NCBI GenBank assembly: GCA_963818525.1
Contig: CAWFSO010000001.1
Coordinates: forward strand, 85,443 to 149,442
Reading direction: 5' to 3'
Source of the DNA: an uncultured Rikenellaceae bacterium
Lineage (GTDB): Bacteria; Bacteroidota; Bacteroidia; Bacteroidales; VadinHA17
DNA: 64,000 nucleotides
The position numbers and the translations under genes were made by a program. Below the pieces are notes generated by a model, which saw nothing but the letters and a program-made list of their open reading frames with translations, ran no database searches and was not told where the DNA came from. This document shows positions 55,665 to 64,000 of this stretch, in pieces; positions within the stretch are counted from its first letter, which is position 1, and every line of letters starts with the position of its first letter.

Positions 55665-57148
55665 GCACACCACAGAAAAAGGCCATCTGCCTTTATTTTC
55701 AGGTCCATCAGCCCTTCAGGCTCAGACGCTACCGTTTTTTTGAGATGGGCCATGAGCACTATTACTATGACGATTTCATGAATGAGTCGATCCTTCGCAA
55801 GATCGCCTCAAACTGTTACCTTCCTACAAACAGGATTCTTCTTGATCTTATACGCAAGCACAAGGGAAAGCTTAAGGTAACCTTCTCTCTCACGGGTATT
55901 GTCATCGACCAGTTCAGGCTTTATGCCCCGGAGGTGCTCGCCTCGTTCAGGGAACTGGCGGAGACGGGATGTGTTGAGTTTCTTGCCGAGACAAACTCTC
56001 ATTCGCTGGCCTCACTTATGAGCAGGGAGAGGTATGAACTTCAGGTCAGTGTCCACCGCGAGAAAATGATACAGTATATCGGCTACGAACCTACTTCAAT
56101 CAGGAATACCGAGCTCATATACTCAGACGTGATTGGCAGCTGGATGGCAGAGATGGGTTACAAGGCAGTCGTTACTGAAGGTGCAAAACACATCCTCGGA
56201 TGGAAGTCACCCAACTTCCTCTATTGCAACGCCATCAACCCGCGGCTTAAGGTGCTCCTCCGCAACTACACCCTGAGTGATGACATCGCCTTCCGGTTCT
56301 CAAACAAGAACTGGTCAAGCTATCCGCTCACGGCTGATAAGTATGCATCATGGGTCAAAGGCCTGGCATCTACTTCAGAGATAGTGAACATATTCATGGA
56401 TTATGAGACCTTCGGTGAACACCAGAAGAAGGAGACGGGCATTTTCGACTTCCTGAAGCATATGCCTGATGCCATTATCAAAAAGACACCGTTCAACTTC
56501 ATGACCGTGTCAGAGATAGCTGACCTTTACCAGCCTGTATCGCTGCTCCACGTTCCTTCACCCATATCATGGGCTGATGAGGAGAGGGACCTGACCGCAT
56601 GGATGGGCAACGAGCTTCAGACTGCCGCAGTGACAAAACTGTATAGCCTGGCAGAGAGGATAGCCAAATGCAACTCCGATCAGCTACAGCGTGACTGGGT
56701 CTACCTTCAGTCGAGCGACCACTTCTATTACATGTCTACCAAATTCTTCTCCGACGGAGCGGTACATGCATATTTCAATCCTTATGAGAATCCATACCAG
56801 GCTTTCATGAATTACATGAACGTACTGAGCGATTTCGAAATCAGGCTTAATACCATTTGCCCTGTCAATGATCATGATGAGAAGATAAACAGTCTTACGC
56901 AGACCATTGAGACAAAGAATCACCTCATACTCGAACTGCAGGAAAAGCTGTCTAAGCTGGAGAAGAAGAAAGGCGGGGCCAGGCAGCAAGGTGTCAGGGC
57001 CAAAAAGACCAGGGCAGTTGTAAAACAATCCTCAGAAAAAGCCGTTACCAAAAAGCCTGCAGCAAAAAAACCTGCAACCAGGAAAGCTGCAACAAAGAAG
57101 GCTGCTTCAGCAGGAGCTGCGGTGAGGAGAAAAGCCTCCGGCAAATAG
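55661..57148 (+). CDS. GH57 alpha-amylase-like protein with Lys/Ala-rich C-terminal tail
   Basis: FQVHQP, RNTELIY, SDDIAFRFS, FMDYETFGEH, SWAD, SDHFYYM; tail KKPAAKKPATRKAATKKAAS. Confidence 0.92.
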   Translation: MSTPQKKAICLYFQVHQPFRLRRYRFFEMGHEHYYYDDFMNESILRKIASNCYLPTNRILLDLIRKHKGKLKVTFSLTGIVIDQFRLYAPEVLASFRELAETGCVEFLAETNSHSLASLMSRERYELQVSVHREKMIQYIGYEPTSIRNTELIYSDVIGSWMAEMGYKAVVTEGAKHILGWKSPNFLYCNAINPRLKVLLRNYTLSDDIAFRFSNKNWSSYPLTADKYASWVKGLASTSEIVNIFMDYETFGEHQKKETGIFDFLKHMPDAIIKKTPFNFMTVSEIADLYQPVSLLHVPSPISWADEERDLTAWMGNELQTAAVTKLYSLAERIAKCNSDQLQRDWVYLQSSDHFYYMSTKFFSDGAVHAYFNPYENPYQAFMNYMNVLSDFEIRLNTICPVNDHDEKINSLTQTIETKNHLILELQEKLSKLEKKKGGARQQGVRAKKTRAVVKQSSEKAVTKKPAAKKPATRKAATKKAASAGAAVRRKASGK

Positions 57149-57213
57149 TTGTTGCGGGCATAAGCAATGTTTAACCGTTATGCGCTCCGGCGTATTAATT
57201 CATTATTAACTAT

Positions 57214-60200
57214 ATGGATAAGAAAGCTGATTTTTTATTTGAGACAAGCTGGGAAGTATGCAATAAGGTAGGTGGTATATATACAGTCATTTCGACCAAG
57301 GCGCTGAACGTTTCCTATGAGTTCGGCGACAATTATGTTCTCATAGGTCCTGATGTGTGGCGTGACGATCAGTCAAACCCGGAATTCACCCCGGATGACA
57401 CCATGTTCCAGTCATGGAAGGCTGTGGCAGCACAGGAAGGACTGAATGTACGGATGGGGCGCTGGAACATCAAGGGAAACCCGCGTGTGATGCTCATCGA
57501 CTTCACTTCCTATTTCGGGCAGCAGAATGAGATCTTTGCGCGTTTCTGGGAGACCTATCGCCTCGACAGTATTGCGGGACAGTGGGATTATATTGAGCCG
57601 GCCCTCTTCGGTTATGCCGCAGGGAAGGTGATTGAGAGCTTTACCAATTATTACCGCGAGTATCCGAGAGTTGTCGCCCAGTTCCACGAGTGGATGACGG
57701 GCATGGGCGTGCTGTACCTCGAGAAGAATGTCCCGTGGATCACAACATCGTTCACCACCCATGCCACGGTGCTGGGCCGCAGCATCGCAGGCAACAACAG
57801 GCAGCTCTACAGCAAGATGAAGGAGTTCAACCCGGCGCATATGGCCCTCGAGTTCAACGTCATCGCCAAACAATCGCTCGAGAAGCTGAGTGCCGCGGAG
57901 GCAGACGTCTTTACCACCGTGAGTGAGATCACCGGACGTGAGTGCGAGGCTTTCCTCGGCAAAAAGCCGGACATCATTACCCCCAACGGGTTCGAAGACA
58001 CGTTTGTACCTGCCCCGGAAAACTTCGATGCTGCACGAAAGGCTGCACGGGACAAGCTGCTCTCTGTTGCCGGGGCATTACTCGGCTATACCCTGCCCGC
58101 CGACACCCTCCTGGTGTCAACCAGCGGCAGGTATGAATACAGGAACAAGGGCATAGACCTGTTCCTCTCGTCACTCGGAGCAATTAACCGCAAGGCAAAT
58201 GCTGACCGTCAGTGCGTTGCGTTTATCCTGGTGCCGGCATACCACAAGGGGCCTAGGCAGGACCTGGTCGCCGCAATGAGCAACGGTTCGTTTATCACCG
58301 AGGGCGACAGATACCTTACTCACGGACTGCATTATGTCAATGACGATCCTGTCATTAACCAGCTCATGAGGGAGGAGATCCGAAACACTGAAGAGGAGAA
58401 GGTAAAGGTCATCTTTGTGCCATCCTATCTCAACGGCAGTGACGGCATCTTCAACATGCCCTATTATGATCTCCTCATCGGGTTTGACCTTACCCTTTAT
58501 CCATCTTATTACGAGCCATGGGGATATACCCCGCTCGAGAGCCTGATGTTCCGCGTGCCTACCGTCACCACCAACCTGGCGGGATTTGGCATGTGGGTCG
58601 ACAGCTATTTTGTCAATCCCGGCAACGGATGCCTGGTGCTTAACCGCACTGATGACAACGAGAAGGAGGTCATCGCCGGGATGGAGGATTTCATCCGCAG
58701 GTTCATGAAGATGAGCCCTGCAGAGGAGGCAGCGGCCAGGGACAAGGCGTGGGAGATATCGCGCATTGCCAACTGGAACACGCTGTTCCATTACTATACC
58801 GAAGCCTATACTTTCGCCCTTGAAAAGAGCGAGGAGAGGCGCGATCAGCCCAGGGAATATGCACGCATCCTTGAGGCCACCGAGGTACAGTCGAGGAAAC
58901 CGTTCCAGGCACCTGTATGGAAGGATATTTACGTACAGTCGGAGCTGCCCGAGCGCCTCAGCTACCTGAAGGAGCTGACAGGCAACCTCTGGTGGTCATG
59001 GAACAGCGATGCAGAGTTCCTCTTCCGCCGTATGGATCCGACCCTCTGGGAAGAGGTGGGACACAATCCCAAGAGACTCCTGGAAGCGATTGATTACAAG
59101 CGTCTTGTGGTGCTGTCAGATGATGAGGTTTTCCTCGATGATGCTGACAGGATATACAAAGAGTTCACTGATTATATGGCCAGGCCCGACAACCCTGAGC
59201 TTCCTTCCGTGGCCTACTTCAGCATGGAGTTTGGAATTCACCCCAGCCTGAAGATATACTCCGGAGGCCTGGGAGTGCTGGCAGGCGACTATCTCAAGGA
59301 GGCCAGCGACTCAAACGTCAACATCACAGCCTTCGGGCTGTTGTACCGCTACGGCTACTTCAGGCAGAAGCTCGGGCCGAGGGGCGAACAGCAGGCCATC
59401 TACGAGGCTGAGGACTTCTCCAGGTTGCCTGTATCAATGGTTAAAGACAGTGCCGGCAACCATCTGACCATTCAGCTCACATGGCCCGGACGCATGGTGA
59501 AGGCCCGGATATGGCTGGCCTCGGTGGGGAAGGTTAAACTCTATCTCCTTGATACTGATTTTGAGGATAATACGCATGAAGACAGAGCTATAACTCATTA
59601 CCTCTACGGAGGCGATTCCGAAAACAGGCTTAAGCAGGAACTGATACTGGGCATCGGAGGCATGCGCGCCCTTATCGCCCTGGGAATCAAACCTGATGTG
59701 TATCACAGCAATGAGGGTCATTCGGCCTTCATCGGTTTTGAAAGGATGCGGCATCTCATCGAAGAGGAACATCTCACCTTTGAGGAGTCGATGGAGATAA
59801 TAAGGGCCTCAACGCTCTTCACCACACACACACCGGTACCGGCAGGTCATGACGCCTTTGAGGAGGATATGCTCAGGAAATACATATCTCATTATCATAC
59901 GAGGCTGAACATCACATGGGATCAGCTTATGGCCCTCGGCCGCTGCCAGGATGACTACGACCGCAAGTTCAACATGAGCTTTCTTGCCACCCGTTTTTCC
60001 CAGGAGATGAACGGCGTGAGCCAGCTTCACGGTCACGTCTCACGCGGACTATTCTCGAAGCTGTGGCCCGGGTACCTGCGCGATGAGCTCTACATAGGAC
60101 ATGTGACCAACGGAGTGCACCATTCGACCTGGGTGGCGCCGGAGTGGGAGCAGGTTTATGAAAAGCTTACCGGACAGAAACACTTTGACCAGGGCGACCG

Positions 60201-61443
60201 TGAACAGTGGTCGAAGATTTACCAGGTTGATGATGAGAAGGTGTACGAGATCAAGATGAAGCTTAAAAAACGGCTGTTTGACAACATCCGCAAGAGGCTT
60301 CAGTCAGATATGATGGACAGACACGTCAGTCCGCGTACGCTGATGAATATAAGCTCACACCTCAACGAGAAGGCGCTCACAATAGGCTTTGCCCGCCGCT
60401 TTGCCACCTACAAGAGGGCAACACTCCTCTTCCGTGACCTCGACCGGTTGTCGAAGATCGTCAATAACCCCGAAAGGCCCGTGCAGATCATCTATGCAGG
60501 CAAAGCGCATCCCAACGACGGGGGCGGACAGGACCTGATACGTCGCATCAATGAGGTCTCGCAGATGCCTCAGTTCGCAGGCAAGGTGCTCTTCCTCGAG
60601 AATTATGACATGGAGATGGCAAGGTATCTTGTGCGCGGTGTGGATATATGGATGAATACCCCCACACGCCCGCTGGAAGCTTCGGGAACAAGCGGCGAGA
60701 AGGCGGTCATGAACGGTACCATCCATTTCAGCGTGCTTGACGGCTGGTGGGTTGAAGGGTATCATGCCTTCGCCGGATGGGCGCTGCCCAAGAAACGTAC
60801 CTATTCCAACCAGGAACTTCAGGACGATATAGACGCAGAGACGATATACAATATGCTCGAGTACGAGATAATACCTGCTTATTACTCAAAGGACGAAGAC
60901 GGAATTCCGCGTGAATGGACCAGCTACATCAAGAACACCATGGTTAAGGTAGCGCCGGAGTTCACCACGCGCCGCATGCTCAATGACTATATGCAGAAGT
61001 ATTACACGAAACTGTGGGAAAGGAGCAGGCGTATAACGGCAGACAACTATGCCCTTGCACGCGAACTGGCAGGGTGGAAGAGCGATATTACGAGAGCATG
61101 GGACGAGATTGAAATCATTAAATACGATCTCAAGAATGCCGATAAACAGGTATACCGTTCCGGTCACACATACACCACGGAGATAATTCTTGATATCAAG
61201 AATATCCCGGCAGCGAATGTCGGGGTGGAGATGGTTGTAACCCGTCTGCTTAAGAACGGCGAACATGCCTTCTTCACCAGCAAGGAGTTCAAATATGTAA
61301 ACCATAAGAAGGGGAGAGTAATTTACAGGGTGGAGTTCCAGCCTGAAATGGCCGGCACCTTCTTCTACGGTATACGTATCTACGCGAAGCATGATCAGCT
61401 TCCGCACAGGCAGGACTTCTGTCTGCTGAGGTGGGTCGACTGA
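57214..61443 (+). CDS. glgP: Fused GT3 glycogen synthase-like + GT35 alpha-glucan phosphorylase
   Basis: N-terminal ETSWEVCNKVGGIYTV, HEW, GRYEYRNKG, PSYYEPWGYTPLES; C-terminal AYFSMEFG, YSGGLGVLAGD, NEGHS, ARRFATYKR, EASGTSGEK; one 1409-aa ORF. Confidence 0.93.
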   Translation: MDKKADFLFETSWEVCNKVGGIYTVISTKALNVSYEFGDNYVLIGPDVWRDDQSNPEFTPDDTMFQSWKAVAAQEGLNVRMGRWNIKGNPRVMLIDFTSYFGQQNEIFARFWETYRLDSIAGQWDYIEPALFGYAAGKVIESFTNYYREYPRVVAQFHEWMTGMGVLYLEKNVPWITTSFTTHATVLGRSIAGNNRQLYSKMKEFNPAHMALEFNVIAKQSLEKLSAAEADVFTTVSEITGRECEAFLGKKPDIITPNGFEDTFVPAPENFDAARKAARDKLLSVAGALLGYTLPADTLLVSTSGRYEYRNKGIDLFLSSLGAINRKANADRQCVAFILVPAYHKGPRQDLVAAMSNGSFITEGDRYLTHGLHYVNDDPVINQLMREEIRNTEEEKVKVIFVPSYLNGSDGIFNMPYYDLLIGFDLTLYPSYYEPWGYTPLESLMFRVPTVTTNLAGFGMWVDSYFVNPGNGCLVLNRTDDNEKEVIAGMEDFIRRFMKMSPAEEAAARDKAWEISRIANWNTLFHYYTEAYTFALEKSEERRDQPREYARILEATEVQSRKPFQAPVWKDIYVQSELPERLSYLKELTGNLWWSWNSDAEFLFRRMDPTLWEEVGHNPKRLLEAIDYKRLVVLSDDEVFLDDADRIYKEFTDYMARPDNPELPSVAYFSMEFGIHPSLKIYSGGLGVLAGDYLKEASDSNVNITAFGLLYRYGYFRQKLGPRGEQQAIYEAEDFSRLPVSMVKDSAGNHLTIQLTWPGRMVKARIWLASVGKVKLYLLDTDFEDNTHEDRAITHYLYGGDSENRLKQELILGIGGMRALIALGIKPDVYHSNEGHSAFIGFERMRHLIEEEHLTFEESMEIIRASTLFTTHTPVPAGHDAFEEDMLRKYISHYHTRLNITWDQLMALGRCQDDYDRKFNMSFLATRFSQEMNGVSQLHGHVSRGLFSKLWPGYLRDELYIGHVTNGVHHSTWVAPEWEQVYEKLTGQKHFDQGDREQWSKIYQVDDEKVYEIKMKLKKRLFDNIRKRLQSDMMDRHVSPRTLMNISSHLNEKALTIGFARRFATYKRATLLFRDLDRLSKIVNNPERPVQIIYAGKAHPNDGGGQDLIRRINEVSQMPQFAGKVLFLENYDMEMARYLVRGVDIWMNTPTRPLEASGTSGEKAVMNGTIHFSVLDGWWVEGYHAFAGWALPKKRTYSNQELQDDIDAETIYNMLEYEIIPAYYSKDEDGIPREWTSYIKNTMVKVAPEFTTRRMLNDYMQKYYTKLWERSRRITADNYALARELAGWKSDITRAWDEIEIIKYDLKNADKQVYRSGHTYTTEIILDIKNIPAANVGVEMVVTRLLKNGEHAFFTSKEFKYVNHKKGRVIYRVEFQPEMAGTFFYGIRIYAKHDQLPHRQDFCLLRWVD

Positions 61444-61444
61444 T

Positions 61445-63463
61445 TTAAAGGTCCGCTATTGTCTTTATCCTCTCCTGCAGGAGCACTATGGCTGTCCTTG
61501 CAGGGAGGTAAAGTTTCAGGTGGTGCGGTGCCGTCACGCCATAACGGTCATGGTCAGGCACTGAGAAGTAGGTCTGGCTTGAGTCTATCCTTCCCTGTCC
61601 GCCGAAGAGCGGATCGTCAGTGTTGAGTATAATCCTGAATTTTCCCTTGAGGGGTATGCCGTAATCAGTGAATGAGACGGAGGTATTGAAGTTCATGACC
61701 GTGATAAGGTCACCCCGCCTGAAGGCAATGATCTTGTCCGCATCGTTGTATGCCAGCGTCTCCGTCATCTGCAACTGGGGAAGTCCATGCTGTTTACCCG
61801 TCTCTATCATGGCCCTGTCAAACTCCTTCAGGTGGCGGTATCTCAGCAGTTCATTGTCAGCCAGGCTCCACTGTCTGCGCGCGTACTTATAGCTCCATCC
61901 GTTACCTTCCCTGGGGAAATCTATCCACTCGGGGTGGCCGAATTCGTTGCCCATGAAGGTGAGATAGCCTCCGCCGGCGGTGATGAAGGTGAAGAGCCTG
62001 ATCATTTTGTGAAGCGCCACGGCGCGGTCAATGATCAGGCTGGGTGTGCTGACGCTCATGGAGAAATACATCTCCTTGTCTGCCAGCCTGAATATCAGCG
62101 TCTTGTCGCCCACGAGAGCCTGGTCGTGCGATTCACAGTAGGATACCACCCGTTCCTCGGCACGGTGCTGCGTCAGTTCGTGAAGAAGGTATCCCAGGTC
62201 CCAGTTTTCATCGGGAATCTCTTTCACCATCTTGATCCATATGTCGGGAACACCCATGGCAAGCCTGTAGTCAAAACCGATCCCTCCCGCACTGACAGGC
62301 GCCGCGATGCCTGGCATGCCGCTCATCTCCTCGGCAATCGTTACGGCACCGCCATTGAATTCATGGATCAGCTTGTTGGCAAGGGTAAGGTAAACGATGG
62401 CATCGGTGTCCTGGTTGCCGTCAAAGTACTGTTTGTACGAGACGAAGTCAGATCCCAGTCCGTGGTCATAATAGAGCATGCTGGTGATGCCGTCGAAACG
62501 GAACCCGTCGAAGTTGTACTCCTCGAGCCAGTATTTACAGTTTGAGAGAAGGAAGTGAGCCACTTTCGGTTTGCCGTAGTCGTAGCAGAGCGAGTCCCAC
62601 GCCACGTGCTTTCTCCTTGACCCTTTATGGAAATAGAGTGCGGGGTCGCCGTCGAGCAGTCCCAGCCCCTCCAGCGTATTGGCAACGGCATGTGAGTGCA
62701 CAAGGTCCATGATGACCCTGATGCCCATGCCGTGAGCCGTATCGATGAGTTCCCTGAGCTCATCCGGGGTACCGAAGCGTGACGAGGCGGCAAAGAGGCT
62801 TGACACATGATATCCGAATGATCCGTAATAGGGGTGTTCCTGTATGGCCATCAGCTGGATGGTGTTGTAGCCGAGGCTTTTCACACGGGGCAGCACGTCA
62901 TCGGTGAACTCCCGGTATGTGCCTGTCCTCTCCTCCTCGGTAGCCATTCCGACGTGTGCCTCGTAGACAAGGAGTGACGGCGGCGGCGGCGGGGAGGGAT
63001 TTTTCATGACATAGCTCCCGTCGGGGTGCCACACCTGTGCGGTGAATATCTTCGTCACCTCATCCTGGACAGTGCGAGTGGCGTAGGCCGGGATGCGCTC
63101 GCCGCCGCCGCCCTTCCACCTCACATTCATCTTGTACAGGTCGCCGTGTGACAGCATCCCTTCATCAAACTCCCCGATCCAGTCGCCATCGGCAGTCCTT
63201 TGAAGACGGTAACGGTCATCCTCCTTCCACCCGCTGAAGGTGCCGACAAGAGTTATGGCGGTGGCGTTGGGAGCATGCTCCCTGAAGACCCACCCCTTTT
63301 CAGTGTGATGCAGCCCGTACCAGTGGTGCCCGTTGGCGAAATCGGACAGCGGACTGCCACCCGTAATTAGCGCCTCCCGGTCCTTGCAATAGGTGAGACG
63401 GGCCTCAATGACACTTTTGAAAGGATCAAGCCAGGGATCAATATCGTAGAACCTGTTTTTCAA
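61445..63463 (-). CDS. glgB: 1,4-alpha-glucan branching enzyme (GH13_8, eukaryote-like type)
   Basis: YEAHVGM, EHPYYGSFGYHV, DLVHSHA, FDGFRFDGITSM, AEEMSG, ESHDQALVGDKT, FMGNEFGHPEWIDFPR; TTG start. Confidence 0.95.
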   Translation of the reverse strand: MKNRFYDIDPWLDPFKSVIEARLTYCKDREALITGGSPLSDFANGHHWYGLHHTEKGWVFREHAPNATAITLVGTFSGWKEDDRYRLQRTADGDWIGEFDEGMLSHGDLYKMNVRWKGGGGERIPAYATRTVQDEVTKIFTAQVWHPDGSYVMKNPSPPPPPSLLVYEAHVGMATEEERTGTYREFTDDVLPRVKSLGYNTIQLMAIQEHPYYGSFGYHVSSLFAASSRFGTPDELRELIDTAHGMGIRVIMDLVHSHAVANTLEGLGLLDGDPALYFHKGSRRKHVAWDSLCYDYGKPKVAHFLLSNCKYWLEEYNFDGFRFDGITSMLYYDHGLGSDFVSYKQYFDGNQDTDAIVYLTLANKLIHEFNGGAVTIAEEMSGMPGIAAPVSAGGIGFDYRLAMGVPDIWIKMVKEIPDENWDLGYLLHELTQHRAEERVVSYCESHDQALVGDKTLIFRLADKEMYFSMSVSTPSLIIDRAVALHKMIRLFTFITAGGGYLTFMGNEFGHPEWIDFPREGNGWSYKYARRQWSLADNELLRYRHLKEFDRAMIETGKQHGLPQLQMTETLAYNDADKIIAFRRGDLITVMNFNTSVSFTDYGIPLKGKFRIILNTDDPLFGGQGRIDSSQTYFSVPDHDRYGVTAPHHLKLYLPARTAIVLLQERIKTIADL

Positions 63464-63571
63464 TATCTGAATCTTCCTCCAAGATACAAAAAGGCAGATA
63501 TTTCCGAGCCTAATTAATTCTTATTAAAGTCAAATGTTTTAATTACTGAACCGGAGAGCGGCAGGCCCGGA

Positions 63572-64000
63572 TCACTCAAGGCCGGTAAGGAGAAGCTTTG
63601 CCCTTGCAGATATGATTTTGCCGCTCTTATCAATCAGGTTTACGGTTATGTCACACGCCTGTGAGTCGTCGGAGCCCCGGAATTCGGCTGACAACCTGCC
63701 GGCACTGTCTCTCTTAAGGTTACCGTCCCAGAAGATGGTGTTCCTGAAATCAGGGATGCGGCTGTCGCCTTTCGACGAATGATCAGGCGCAACGAATCCG
63801 GAGGGAGGGTCTGCCATTGTATATGATGTTCTCAGGAATTTAGCCGGCAGACGGGTCTCAGTGAAGTTGCCATTCCGGGTGACTACGTTCAGAATACCCG
63901 GGAAGACAATCTCTCCGAACAGGTAGTCTCCCGTAATGATATCTATCTGTTTCACGTGCGCCGGATCGAGACCCAGGATCGTTTCAGCATCCTCCACCGG
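63572..64000 (-). CDS. C-terminal end of a large Bacteroidota plug-domain/TonB-like hypothetical protein (truncated)
   Basis: VKQIDII, GILNVVT, PDFRNTIFW tail motif; runs off the window end. Confidence 0.65.
   Translation of the reverse strand, partial: PVEDAETILGLDPAHVKQIDIITGDYLFGEIVFPGILNVVTRNGNFTETRLPAKFLRTSYTMADPPSGFVAPDHSSKGDSRIPDFRNTIFWDGNLKRDSAGRLSAEFRGSDDSQACDITVNLIDKSGKIISARAKLLLTGLE

Noticed and set aside
94-63000. Numerous long antisense or alternate-frame ORFs (e.g. 4115..4969, 15799..16770, 38987..39853, 45468..46349, 61787..62545)
   Set aside because: Shadow ORFs of GC-rich genes with no recognisable motifs.

Overview
Chromosomal DNA of a probably anaerobic Bacteroidales-type bacterium. 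The evidence is the mutL-rhomboid-rhomboid-EEP synteny, a TonB receptor + DUF4249 pair, DUF4369/TlpA lipoproteins, TAnnTTTG promoter boxes and the Bacteroidota glycogen locus. Most of the window is GC-rich housekeeping and metabolic DNA: a PLP dehydratase, mutL, an OadB/OadG-like pair, a creD operon, a GlpD/alkyl-DHAP-synthase-like/FGGY cluster, a DUF39/NIL-ferredoxin/UPF0280 sulfur-assimilation trio, a GH3, a TetR-TolC-HlyD-ABC efflux operon, pirin-crcB-DUF190, a YifB/ComM ATPase, a double-SiaB protein, lpxH and glycogen genes including a synthase-phosphorylase fusion. The stand-out feature is an AT-rich island (~7.3-15.6 kb). It carries a complete double-glycine peptide export cluster (HTH, 5-TM protein, CxxC thioredoxin, C39-peptidase ABC transporter) with two paralogous Cys-containing hydrophobic precursors that do not resemble known bacteroidetocins. 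A string of tiny membrane-protein genes (candidate immunity array) and a YhcG nuclease follow. A second recurring oddity is a set of short tandem duplications seeded at gene stop codons. The clearest is a 5 x 37 bp array after hlyD whose copies differ mostly at synonymous positions. I saw no rRNA, tRNA, CRISPR, transposase or integrase. All calls come from motif recognition by eye; no searches were run.
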